Part shown: one piece after another, positions 36,391-48,980 of the stretch
Numbering within the stretch: the first letter of the stretch is position 1
Layout: each line of letters opens with the position of its first letter
The notes under the pieces: model-generated
The model's database searches: none
What the model was told of the DNA's origin: nothing
What the model saw: the letters and a program-made list of their open reading frames with translations, nothing else
Assembly (NCBI RefSeq): GCF_030144855.1
Contig: NC_082719.1
Coordinates: forward strand, 42,346,001 to 42,410,000
Reading direction: 5' to 3'
Source: Hypanus sabinus
Taxonomy: Eukaryota
DNA: 64,000 nt
Program-made: the position numbers and the translations under genes

Positions 36391-37861
36391 CACCGTCCAT
36401 CAATCACGGAAGGAATAGATCCCATAGTAACACTTGGGGATGATTAAGGAAGTTCTCCACAACAAACTGACCAATTCTGTATTTCATCAGCAAGATTATA
36501 TGCTCATTAGTACATTATAGTTTGTGTCATTGTGATGCATGAATTAGCTACTGTGTTTCCTACATTTCAATATGTTTCAAAATTAGTTTATTGGCTTCAA
36601 AGCTATAAATGCAGTAATGTCCTGCTTGATTTCCTGAAGGTACTGAGACCACATATTATTCTATTTGCCAAAGCCTTTTCTAGGCTGGTGTTTAAAAATT
36701 AAATTTAATTCATTTATCATCAGAATGTATCCCAATAATGGCCAGGACTGGATGCAGTATATGATTGTACATATTCACGTGCTTTCTTGACCTTGTGCAA
36801 AGTATATGAGATGTATCCTATATCCGGATATCAGGAATCAATGTCTAATAATATTTTATTATTTATGTAAAATGTGTTTCACTATAAAAGGCCATAAATT
36901 AACTGGGTCAGTGGTTACATGAGCTGAGTGCTGCATCATCAGCTGGACAAACCAATTTATAGATTTACTACTTGGTCTGCATTGAGTAAATTAACCTTAA
37001 ACCAGCCTTCATATGCAAAACTAATAATAGTTTCTCTGCCCCTTGGCTAAGAATAAACAGAAACAGACAGTGTCCCTGTGCATGTTAATTATCCGGAGAT
37101 TCCTGCTGGAAGCCAACCCTGTGAAGTGAGCATCAGCAAAAGTAAAATTCTGATGGCTGCCCAGTCTGCTCAATGGCCAACAGTGAGGTTCAGGACCAGG
37201 TTAAAATTTGCAGTTTGAACTTGGGGAAAAATCGAGAGACTAGAAGTCAAGGTAGATTCACCACCCCAGTGATTTGTTATCCTTGGCCTCATTCTCATAT
37301 GCTGGCACTCACTCCTACCCAAAGTCAGTGGGTATAACCTTAATACTGGCAGGCATGAGTAGAAACAGGTGAGGGATAGTCAGCTGCCCTGGGAGTAGGG
37401 CAACTTAGAGTGTGGGGTTACTAACTGATACTTGCAGGAAGTGTCCAGCAACAATTGGGAATTTTGAACCACTGGATAGAGATAATTTGAGATATAATTG
37501 CTGTCTAGAAGGACAATAGAGAAAATAAGATAAAATCTGCTTCCCTGGACTTTCTGATATCAGTGTACTTTCTGTTAAATTTTTCTGTGTATCGTCTGCT
37601 CTCACTGAGATATGAAGCAATCATTTAAATTGTGCTCAGGCATCTCTTGTGTAGCATTTATTCTCATGTCAGATTGAAAGTCTGCTTAGCCAAGAGTGAA
37701 AATCCATTGGGTACATGTCAGGAATCCGGCTTGCCATTTTAACTTCCCCTTGCTGTAAAGTCCCTCAATGTGGATGCATCCACTGTGACTTCTTGCCGAT
37801 ATACTTAAGGAAGCCAGACTCCACCACACAGAAGTAAAGATCTTCACTTCTTTCATGAGAT

Positions 37862-38065
37862 AGGCACGGTAGTGTAGATATTAGCATAACACTTTACAGT
37901 GTCCTTCGCACGTATTCAATTCCTGCCGCTGTCTGAGGATTTCCTCCACTTGCTCTGATTTCTTCCCACATTCTGAAGTCATACGGGATAGGAGGTAGTT
38001 GGCCACTTGTGTAATAGGGCAGTGAAGGCTCTTCATCCGGGAGGGCCTGTCACTTCGCTGTATCG
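37862..38065 (+). mobile_element. V-SINE-like tRNA SINE
   Basis: ggcacggtagtgtag head and tttcctcc..tgctctgatttcttcccacatt core. Confidence 0.6.
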
Positions 38066-38089
38066 CTAAAAACAATGTACTCTCCATTT

Positions 38090-38230
38090 TGTTAGGGCAT
38101 CAAGGTGACATGGAGAAGGCTGGAAAATGCGGTTGAGTAGGATAATAAATCAGCCATGATAGAATGGTGGAGCAGACTCGATTGGGCAAAGGGCATAATT
38201 TTGCTTCTATGTCTTGTGGTCTTATGGGCT
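38090..38230 (+). mobile_element. CR1 3' tail
   Basis: aaatcagccatgatagaatggtggagcagactcg tail. Confidence 0.75.
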
Positions 38231-38679
38231 TTCAGAACAAGAGGCCAGATAATTCCAAAAATTACTGTGATTAACATGAATATGGGCAACTAATTATCCT
38301 ACATTCATCTTTTAATGGAGATATATGTATTCAAATTAACTCAAGTTCAAATCACCCATGAAAATAACTAAATCGCAATTAGGGAAAGCTGGGAGATCCT
38401 TCACAGATTAGAAGAGTTTGCTTCACTCTCGCACTGGTAAAGTGCTGGTAGCCCACCACACACAGAGGGTGGTTGTAATGTTCATTTTTCATTGCTATGG
38501 AACACACAGCACAATTAATCCAAGACACTGGTTATGGAAGTATTTTCGGAAGATCGTGAATTGAAACCTCACTCCAGAGCCTTTACAGAATCAAGAATGC
38601 CATTTCAGTGCTGTACAGAAGAATGAAGTGGTAAATCCCACCTCCCGTGAACGTAGCATTAAATCGCATTTGCCCTTAC

Positions 38680-38985
38680 AGGCGCCGCTGTAGTGTAGTG
38701 ATTAGCATAACACTATTACAGTGTTATGTACTGTAATAGTGTTAACTACTGTTGTCTGTAAGGAGTTTGTACATTCTTCTCATGAAAGCATGTGTTTCTT
38801 CCAGTTGCTCCTGATTCCTCCCACAGTCCTAAGGCATATGACTTGGGTTAGTAAGCCGTGGGCATGTTATTTTGATACTAGAAGCATGGCAGCACTTGTG
38901 CGCTGCCCCCAGCATGTCCTCTGACTATGTTGGTCGGTGATGCAAACAACATATTTCTCTGTACATTTTGATGACAACTAGAGCT
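38680..38985 (+). mobile_element. V-SINE-like tRNA SINE
   Basis: gtaaggagtttgtacattct..ttcctcccacagtcc core. Confidence 0.65.
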
Positions 38986-39039
38986 AACCATCATGATATT
39001 CACCATAAGTAAATATCGAAGACCCCATGACTGTTACAG

Positions 39040-40260
39040 GAGAGCTTTGTGCATGGACTAACCTATCTTACAGACTTTTTCAAGGAAGCTATCAGGAAAG
39101 TTGATGAAGGGAAGACAGTGGATAGTGTCCACATGAACTTTAACGTGGTCCCACATGGGAGGCTGGCTAAGAAGATTCAATCACTTGGCGCTCATCATGA
39201 GGTAGTAAACTGGATTCAACATCAATTTAGCAGGAGAAGCCAGAGAGTGGTAGTAAATAATCGCTCTTGACGGGAGGTCTGTGACTAGCAGCGCCCTTGG
39301 GGAGCAATGCTAGGTCCATTGGTTTTTGTCATCTATATCAATAGTCAGGATGACAGTGTGGTATACCCGATCAGCAGATTTGCAGATGGGAATATAGTGG
39401 ACAGCAAGGAAGGTTATCAAAGCTTGCCACAGGATCTGGACCAACTGGAAAAATGAGATGAAAGATGGCAGATGGCATTTAATACAGACAGGTGTGAGGT
39501 GTTGCCTTTTGGGGAGACAAATCAGGGTAGGATATGCACAGTAAATGGTAGGGCCCTGATGAGTGTGGTAAACCGAGTCATCTGGGAATACAGATCCATA
39601 ATTCCTTAAAGTGGTGTCACAGTGGGATAGGGTCATAAGAAGAGCTTTTGGCACTTTGGTCTTCATAAATCAAAGTACTGCATTCAGGAGTTAAGCTGAA
39701 GTTGAATAAGACATCGATGAGGCCTAATTTGCAGTATTGTGTGCCATTCTGGTCACCTACCAACAGGAAGAATAGCAATAAGACTGAAAATATAAAGAGA
39801 AAATTTACAATGACGTTGCTGGGACTTCAGAACCTGAGTTACAGGGAAAGGTTGAATAGGTTAGGACTTTATTCCCTAGAGCATAAGAGAATAAGTGGAA
39901 ATTTGATAAAGATACTGTACACAAAATTAAGAAGGGTATTGATAGGGTAAATGTAAGCAGGCTTTTCCCACTAAGTTTGGGTGAGACTAGAAGTAAAGGT
40001 CATAGGTTAAGGGTGAAAGGTGTAATATTTAAGGGGAACGTGAGGGAGAAATTTTTCACTCAGAGGGTGGTGAGAGTGTGGAATGAGCTGCCAGCAGATG
40101 TGGTGGATGCAGGTTTGATTTCAGCAGTTCAGGGAAATTTGGATATATACACAGATGGGAGGGGCTGGAGGACGATAATTTAGATGCAGGTCAGTTAGTC
40201 CAGGCACAGATTAGATGGGCTGGAAGGCCTTTTTCTGTGCTGTAGTGCTTTATGACTCTA
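39040..40260 (+). mobile_element. CR1 LINE RT-to-3' end
   Basis: LT.L.DFF..VDEGK.VD..VPHGRL, RPNLQYCV.FWSP, and FFTQRVVRVWNELP. Confidence 0.9.
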
Positions 40261-40384
40261 CGTGAGCGCTTCCCAAGCCTTGGCCGATATTTATCCCTTA
40301 ACCAATCTCACCAAGCAATACTGTAAACAATAGTCATTACTTGAATGCTGCAATATTGAATTGTGTGACTACATTAAGAAAGTA

Positions 40385-41390
40385 TAGATAGAAAGATAGA
40401 TACGTTATTGATCCCAAAGGAAATTACAATGTCACAGTAACATTACAAGTGTGCAGATATACAAATATTAGAAGAAAAGTAAGAAGAAAAAATAAGTTAT
40501 CTCGAACAGCCTAACAGGAGGGGGTCTTCACTTCCCCATCGACAGGGTGACTCATTATAGAGCCTAATGCCCGAGGGTAAGAATGACCTCGTCTAGTGCT
40601 CTCTGGAGCAGTGCAGTTGTTTTAGTCTAATACTAAATGTGCTCCTCTGTTCAGCCAAGGCGGCATGAAGAGAGTGAGAAACATTGTCCAGAATTGCCAG
40701 GATTTTCCATCGGGTCCTTTGTTCTACCACAGCCTCCAGTGTCCGGTTTGACTCCTATAACAGAGCCAGCCTTTCTAATCAGTTTGTTGTCCCTTCTGGC
40801 ATCACCAATGTTGATGCCATTGCCCCAGCACACCAAGGCATAGAAAATTGTACTGGCAACAACAGACTGGTAGAACATGTGAAAGAGAGGCCTGCATACT
40901 CCAAAGGACCTCAGTCTCCTCAGGAAGTAGAGGTGACTCTGGCACTTCTTGCACACAGCCTCTGTGTAGGTGCTCCACTCAAGTCTGTCATCCAGGTGCA
41001 CCTCCAGGTACTTGTAGGTCCTCACCACATCCACATCCTCACCATCAATAGTAACAGGGAGCAGTGCAAGTTTAGTCTTCCTAAAGTCCATCACCATCTT
41101 CTTTGCCTTGCTGATGTTGAGCTACAGATGATTCAGTTTGCACCATTTGACAAAGTCCTCCACCAGCACCCTGCATTTATCCTCCCGTCCTCCGTTTATA
41201 AACCCAACTATTGTTGAGTGATCAGAGAGTTTCTGCAGATGGCATAATTCAGTGTTGCATCCGAGGTATATAGGGTAAAACAGGAAGGAGCCAATACAGA
41301 CCCCTATGGGGCCCTATTGCTGCTTATAGCCATATCTGACGCACAGATCTGAAGCTGCACAAACTGTGCTCTACCAGTCAGGTAGCCCAC
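40385..41390 (-). mobile_element. Rex1/Babar LINE 3' fragment
   Basis: ORF MVMDFRK..YKYLEVHLDDRLEW..LYFLRRLRSF..FYQSVVASTIFYALVCWG and a (gata)n tail. Confidence 0.88.
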
Positions 41391-43269
41391 GATACTAACT
41401 GGCAGTGACTATGAAGTTTTATAGACTGCTTTGGGAATGTGAATAATGTGATGTGAACATCTATTAACTGCTGCAGAACGTATGACAGTCTTTGTAAATT
41501 GTGTCAGTAGAAAAAAAGTTATGGTCATGTTAAATAAAAATATGCACTCAATTCAGACTCCATGCAGAAATTAGCTTGATGATATTTGGAATTCTGTCCC
41601 TTCTGTAATGAAAACAGAAAAGCAATGAATGCTAGGAAAACCTTCTTTGTAATAGTTAAAATGGAGACAAAATTACAATGATTAATGATATATTCACTCC
41701 AGTTCACTTAGAGAATCTAAATATGATCATTTAATCCTTCAAGATTTTAAACAAAAAGCACTAAACTAATAAAGTCACAAATTTCCTCAATGTTCCTCCC
41801 AACATTTCACCACATCTTTGCCAGAATTATATCTGTTCATGAGTCATGTTTTCACCACATTTCTGTTAATAGCACAATGCCAGAGAGGAAATGGTTCCAA
41901 GGAAATCTGTAGCCTTTTTACTTTGTGGAAGAAATAAAGATTTTTGTGGGTGTTTACTTGACATAGCTGCAATCTCATTGTGTAAAAATATTCAAAAGAC
42001 CTTAGATTCTAATTCCAATGATTGCAGAAATTGCAATGCATTACAGCTTTGAACTTCTGTCCATGAACTTGAATGCCTAGCTATTGTGTTGTTTATTGGC
42101 TAGATGAATTATCATTGTCACTGATATTGAATGGCCACATTAAAAGTACTTAGCGCTGCTTGAGGTTGGTCTGAACTTATTAAAGGAAGTGCATACATCA
42201 AATGTTGAGACATTGAAGTATGGTAAATCATGAGAGGCACCAGTGGCAACAGGTCTACTGGTTTTAAGAAATGTAATTGAACACGACTTAATGCATTAAT
42301 TATGAATGAAGTTTATTTTGATGTAATAAAAATCATGAGAGATGACGCTTGAAAACTTGTAGCTGTACTGGTCACCTTGGATTAGCATTTGGAAAGGAGT
42401 TAGGCCCTACTAGAAGCACATTCTCATAGATACAGCAGTCAATACCCAAGAGTACCATAATTCTACCAATTGCACTATTAAGCTCCAGCATTATACCTTC
42501 ACCTCTAGCAAAATTCTTACTCAAACGGACTCATGTTACCCTCATACAGTATTAGTACTGACACAACACTCCACTAGCTGGTCAATCACAATAGCTTGAT
42601 GATTTTACTATCAGGTCAGCAATGATCACTTTCTGTGGTAGCAAGGCAGATTCAGCCATGGAAAAGCTTCCCTCTATCTTGCCAGATAAATTAATGTACA
42701 GTCATGGACAGCAAGCTAACCTGATGGAACAGGCTAAGATACGTGGAGGAGATAATACTTGGTCTTATGGTACAGCCCGGGATATTGTCTTGGCCAATGG
42801 AGGGACTGAAACCACTGAAGATGACAGCATCCTCACACTGAATCCTCTTGCTCATAGCCAAGACCTCCCATCTCACAATCACATCTAATTCATAAACTGC
42901 ATATGGTATAAGTGCAGAATTCTTCCTTTACAGTAGTTTGCCCAGTTAAATTAACAGCAAGAAAATAATCATGAAGAAGGAATGCTGTCACTTTGCAATG
43001 ATGCAGAGCAGCTTAAGTTGTGGCAAGGGTAGTGTGCAGGATGCTAGAGGGAAGGGGAGGGGGGAATTGGAGGATAGTTCATTCAGGAGTTCTCTCAATA
43101 TACTCAGTGGAATAAGCCAATGATAGTAGGTGATGGGAATGTAGTATATAAGGTGAAAAGGGAAGTATCCCAGAAACCCAAAGTCCAATCTCAAAGTGCA
43201 GGGGGAAGTCCAACACCCAATTTGCTTTCAGCAAATCTTGAAACCCATTCCTTCAGGTGGAAAATTACT

Positions 43270-43410
43270 CAAAACTGCAGACGTTGAAATATGAAACAAA
43301 AAGCTGAAAGAACTCAGCCGGTTAAGCAACATATTTGAAAGAAAAACCAGTCAAATGTTGAGTTCTTCCGGCTTTTGTTGCTGTCACAAATTTCCAGCAT
43401 CTGATTTTTC
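43270..43410. mobile_element. Tail-out inverted pair of old Penelope pLTR ends
   Basis: ctgcagacgttgaaat..gaactcag on the left and gagttct..atttccagcatctg on the right. Confidence 0.55.
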
Positions 43411-43539
43411 CCCCATTACTGTTGAATTCATTGTGATTTCTCCTCCAGTGATGACTAACTTTGAATAGTCCACCTCCATCCTCTAATAGGATCTCTGCTG
43501 GTCTCGCATGCTTCTCTTCTTGCCTCTACTAAAGTTCTC

Positions 43540-43740
43540 AGTCCACAGGAACAATACTGAGCATCAAGCTGCTGGCTATTTTAATTCACCCTCCCATTCC
43601 AACCTCTCCGTCTATGAACTTCTGCACAGCTACAACAAAACTTAATGTAAGATCGACCAACGTTATCTCTTTTTTTTGTCTGGGCATGTTACAAACTGCC
43701 AGGACTCAATTTAGAATTCTCTAACCTCAGTAAACATGCT
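43540..43740 (+). mobile_element. Old Penelope GIY-YIG C-terminal remnant
   Basis: ttttaattcaccctcccattcc...ctgggcatgttacaa..ggactcaat resembles 33820-33975. Confidence 0.5.
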
Positions 43741-43914
43741 CTTTCTTTCTATTTGAATCAGGTTTAGCTGTCGGCACTTGCCATTCCTCTCTCCATTTTT
43801 CCTTCATTTGTAATTCTGTCCTGCTCAGCCTACCAGTCAGCCAATCTATATAACATCTTCAAGAGGTTACAGAGAGAAAGGAGCTCAAATGTCTGTTCAG
43901 TGGCTACATTATAT

Positions 43915-44190
43915 CAGTGGGTGCAGAGCATTACAGCTTAGAGCATCATAATTCCAAGTTCAATCCAGGCATCCCCATAGGAATTTGTATGTCCTTCCCG
44001 TGGAACATGTGGGAGTCCTCTGTGGGCTCCAGTTTCCTCCCACGGTCCAAAGGCATACTGGTTAGTAGGTCAATTGGTCATTGTGAATTGTCCGTGATTA
44101 AGCTAGGGTTAAATCAGGAGTTGCCAATGGCACAGCTTGAAAGGTCAGAAGGGCTTATTCGGCATTTTATCTCTAAATAAACAAATAAAC
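43915..44190 (+). mobile_element. V-SINE-like tRNA SINE
   Basis: ctccagtttcctcccacggtccaaagg core and taaataaa tail. Confidence 0.65.
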
Positions 44191-44227
44191 ACATTTCAGA
44201 GACCACAGACATCCCCTTTCTACTAAA

Positions 44228-45540
44228 ATGGTGAAGCAGACTGAAGAATGGCTGAAGATCGACAAAACCGGACACCTTGGTAAATTTAAGACATGGCTGT
44301 ACTAATATAGTCCTCTACTGAAGCTGCTCTGGCTTTTCATGGTGTACGAGTTCCCCTTGACCACTGTAGGAGACATCAAGAGGAAAGACAAGCACCTGCA
44401 AGGGTGGCTGGGGAACACCCCCCCAAGTTTTTCTTCAGTGGGGCTCTACATAAGATCTACAGCTCCCATAATCATCAGTAGTGGAGGAGTTCAAGGTGGC
44501 AAAGTGTAGAGTTGTGTTAACACTGAGGGGCTCTGATGACAAGCTAATAAACCAAGCAGGAGTCACAACAAGTTCAAGCTGAAAGTGGGCCACCAGCTTG
44601 GACCTAGACTAGATAGTGAGCTCCCTGCAACTGAGAGACATCATTGGCAACCTATGCCTGGGACAGCAAGGCCTTGGCTCAGCACACTTCTAATGATAGA
44701 GGAGTACAAGTACAAGGGATAGGCGTGGCATGGTCCACGCAAATGTGTGGAACCACGTGGATGAAAGGCGGTATCAAAGACAGTGGAGTTGGGGTCTTAG
44801 GGTGCCAGGATGAACAGAGATCTTCCCAAGCACAAGATTACTCAGGCAGAGGTTTGAAGACTGGAGCCTTTCCATATTTCTTTCTTCCTGTGGTCTGCGT
44901 ATGACACTCACCCTATTCCATCGCTGCTGCAGACATGGGGTCTGAGAGAGGACCCCACCTGCAGGGTCTGTGGTAAGTGGGGTTCACTGGCACACATACT
45001 GTTAGGATGAAAAACAGCTTTAACACAAGGATGGTATAGGTGGCACCACGACAAGGTCCTGCTGTCCCTTGCTGACACATTGGAGTGGGAAAGATGTAAA
45101 GAGACCAGTTGGCAGAGAGACAAACAGGGCAGTCATTTTCATGAAGGAGAGGGCCATGCCAGTCATATCAAAGAAGCCTAAATTCAATCTGCTGCAAACT
45201 GCCAAATGATAGAAGATGGTGGTCAATGTGGGGAAGAGGTGCAAACAACACTTAGGTCAGACCTCATACCGTGGTCCACCAAAGACAAAAAATCATTCTG
45301 GTGGCGCTCACAGTACCATTGAGAGGAAGGATTTGAGGAGGCTCACGAGAGGAAGGCCTTTAAGTACCAATCCTTAGTTCAAGCATGCAGGGACAAAGGA
45401 TGGCAGACGTGGCTATTTCACATGGAGATTGGCTGTAGAGGGTTCCCAGTAACGTCAGCACGGAGGTTGCAGCCTGCACTGGGCCTTGATGAAAAAAGCA
45501 GGAACCAAGCAGCTCACAGGATGGGGAGGAAGCAGAAAGA
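44228..45540 (+). mobile_element. HERO-clade non-LTR retrotransposon fragment (RT thumb, CCHC knuckle, restriction-like endonuclease)
   Basis: IDKTG.LGKFKTWLY..LLW..MVYE. From 44900: YDTHPIPSLLQTWGLREDPTCRVCGKWGSLAHILLG*KTALTQGWYRWHHDKVL. Then LTVP*EEGFEEAHERKAFKYQSLVQACRDKGW..EIGCRGFP. Confidence 0.85.
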
Positions 45541-46246
45541 TGAATGCGGGATTCAGATTGTCTTATGCTGCACAGGTAAGCCAATGCAGAATCAAATGAT
45601 CTATCCTTCTTTTCATATGCCTCCTTTAGAGATTGTGAGAGCATGTGCTGTTGAAGATTGTGATCATTTTCCTTCAGCACACTGTGCACATGTGTGCATT
45701 TCTCACTGAGTATCACCATTACTGCTGTACCTTGACACCAATTAGCCACCCTCTGGTTTGTCAGTATCCTACAGACTTTCAGCATAGAAACGGGCCTCTC
45801 AGCCCACTAGTTCACACCAATCATCAACTATCCTACTTAAACCCCACTGTTTAAGATTCTCCGCATGTTCCCATCAACTACCACCTAGGTTCTACCACTT
45901 AGCCACATGTTAGGGTCACTATATAGTGGGCAATTAAGCAATTTAGCCTGCATGTCTTTAGGATTTAGGAGGGCACACAGTCACAGGGAGAGAACGTGAA
46001 CTCTACACAAACAGCACCAGAGGTCAGGATTGAACCCAGGTCACTGGCGTTGTGAGACAATGCACACATAACTGTAGCAAAATGAATTCCATGATACTAA
46101 GCACACCAGCGTTCAGGGATGTCACTATTTGGATTGTTGTGCTTAAGAATAGTAATACAGGTGATTGGGCAGAAGATGAATGTGGTATTCAGATTGTGTT
46201 ATGCTGCACAGAAAAGCGAATACAGAATAGGGTGATCTATCCTTCT
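45532..46246 (+). repeat. Diverged ~78-bp direct repeat (45532-45610 and 46169-46246)
   Basis: Both copies read gcagaa(a)gatgaatgYggKattcagattgtSttatgctgcacag...tgatctatccttct. Confidence 0.9.
45780..46080 (-). mobile_element. V-SINE-like SINE fragment
   Basis: acagggagagaacgtgaactctacaca..aggattgaacccaggtc, the antisense of the head and core. Confidence 0.6.
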
Positions 46247-47404
46247 TCAGTGTTGCAAATTGAATGATATCTTGCCCCGTTTGCTTTCCACTTCTCACAG
46301 TCATTTGCACAATATGGATAAGATTTGAATTGTGAAGCATTCCATAAATAAACCTATTGCAGGCATACTTTTGAGATTCTGGGAAAATCACTGCATCCAC
46401 AAAATTGGCACAAAAGATTCCTATTTCTCACGACCATTGTTAATAATCAATTTTATTGGACTATTTTTGTTGTATGTTATTTTGAATCACAAATTTGTCA
46501 AAATGAAAGAAACACTTGCAAATAAGTAGTTGTTTACTCATTATAGATTAAAATCACATTGTGCTACATTTTCAATTAATGAGTTTATATAAAATATTAA
46601 TACTTATTATTCTAGTAACAATAATCAAATTATCTTTAACAGATTAACAGCCACGATAAAATGAACAGAGAATGTTGTGATAAACATTTTCAATATTCAT
46701 AAAAAGATTTTAGGCTGTATATTTTTCAAGGTTTCTCTACTACACGGCAAATCCAGGCAATATTGTTTCTCGAGTATGACACCTGGCATATAAAATGAAA
46801 AAAATAGGCTATGATCAGCTCAGATTTGGTACATATGGCACTTGCAAGCTACATTTCTGATTGTTAACTAAAGTCATTTATATTTTTCTCCAGCTATGAT
46901 TCTGTTTACAGAATAAACTCCAGCTGTTCACAGCAGAGGCCATGAAGAAATTATATTGAAGATTCCTAAAGCATATGCCCCATGCTGTACTCATTGCACA
47001 TTCATGCTATCAAGTGAAGATTTTAATTAATTCAGAGCAAGATTACATTGAGAATCAGGAAGGCACAAAACAAAGAAATTGCATAAATTTATAATGAATT
47101 TCCTAAGTCATAAATAATCATTTCTTTAACAGAGATTTATAAGGCTGCTTTGAAATTATTGTGTGCCCACCTTATTAATGTTATTAATGGCATCCCACAT
47201 GATTGTTACAAAGCTAATTATCCATTCTTGCCCTTCTTAACCTGCCCACAACCTTTGATCCTATTATCTTCCTCCAAATGCTTCCTGCCCTGGCTGCTGG
47301 GTTTCAATCTCTCACCTGGTTCCAGTCTTATCTATTTTAGTCTCAATAAGGCAGTCACTTGCAGTGGTGTCTCTTTCTCTCCCATTTTGTCACCGTCAGT
47401 CAGT

Positions 47405-47730
47405 GGGTGGCATGGTGGTGCGGCTAGAAGAACAGCCTCCACCCAGCTCCAGTAATGCAGGTTCAATTCAGATCCCGCGTGTTGCCTGTACATTTGTACA
47501 TTTTCTCTATGACTATGTAGGCTTCCTTCAGTTACTCCAGTTTCCCAAAAACTAGTTGGTGGTTAATTATTTGGCCATTGTAAGTTGCTCATGTTGTGTT
47601 AGAACCTGGGAAGGGATTGATAGAATGATGAGGAGAGTAAAATGAGTTAGGGCAGGATTAGGGTGTTTGATTGTTGGTATGAACTAAGTGGGCCAAAAGG
47701 TCTGATTCTATGCTATTTCTCTTCATATCT
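47405..47730 (+). mobile_element. V-SINE (HE1-like) with CR1-type tail
   Basis: ggcatggtggtgcggctag..ggttcaatt head, tccagtttcc core and gggccaaaaggtctg tail. Confidence 0.55.
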
Positions 47731-48419
47731 CTATCCTCCAGACTATCTGTAGACACTTCAGCTTTAAAGTGAATAGACTTAAAATTGTACAAGATAGCCA
47801 GCTCATAAATGAGCTGGGAAATGTTTTGTTGTGATCACAGTTAGCATAACATGAACAATATGGCAGAAATGCCATTACAAAGCAGAGATGTATTATCAGT
47901 AAACTATGCTTAATATGCCGTCAACAAGAAAGTGAGTGGCTTTCTCTGTTGAAAGATGATACTTGGGATAATGGAACTTCCTCAATGCTGGGACATACTG
48001 GCTGAGATACCACCAGATGCCCTCACAAATAACCGGTAGAGGTGATTCAAAGATCTCATCACTGGGACTACATTCATGGAAAGTACTAATTAATAATGAG
48101 TCATATAAAGAATTCTAAAACATTTGTTATTTTGCTTCAGCTGCATCTATATTGTCTGACCACCTGTATGTCATCCAGTGCTCGATGAATAGAATTGTCT
48201 TCAACCAAATGCGCAGGTATGCAAAGTTACAACTACACTAAATGTCTCCAGCTACCAGCCCTTCTTTTAAGATGCTTTCACCTAGCAGATTGATCAGAAA
48301 GCTAGGTGCAAGAGAAAGTGACCATTCGGATTGAAAATTAGATTAAAAGTTGAGAGAAAGGAGAGGATAATGATCAAAGGCAGCTTTGTGCGTGGTATGG
48401 CCACACAGACTTCATTGGT

Positions 48420-48980
48420 AAGTCTGTATGAAGTACTTTGTGAATTACTTTTTAGAAGGCTTAGATATAAGTGCATCGAATAGGAACTTTGCTGATGATA
48501 CCAAGATTGTCATTATGGTTGATTGTGAGGTAGCTCTCAGCTGCATGAAGATTTGGTGTACACAGATGGAAGAAATGAAATTAAATTCAGTAAAAGTGAG
48601 GAAATACACTATGAAGACCTGATATCAAGAAGTGGAGGGGCACAAAAAAAATTCTTTTTCGTGAGTCTGCTTCCTCCAGCAGTTTGTTTTGGCACCAGCT
48701 GTGTACATTTCTGATCAGTACACTACAGAAAGTATTAAGGACATGATCAGAGATGAATAACCTTAATTATGTGGAGAAGGTAGGCTGGTGATGTTTTTTT
48801 GGACTAAGATTGAGCAGAGATTTGATCGAAGAGTACAATATCATGAGAGACCTGGATATAGGGAATGGGGAAGGACCTGAAACATATGAGACTGTAAGAC
48901 TAGGAAATTAGTGTAAATTGAATAGCATCAAATCTGGTCAATATAGATGGAAGGGACTGGATGATTTCCTTCTGTACAGT
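48420..48980 (+). mobile_element. Ancient CR1 fragments
   Basis: NFADDTKI motif. Confidence 0.5.

Noticed and set aside
40684-41217. Longest ORF in the track (177 aa, +)
   Set aside because: Antisense shadow of the Rex1/Babar RT on the - strand.
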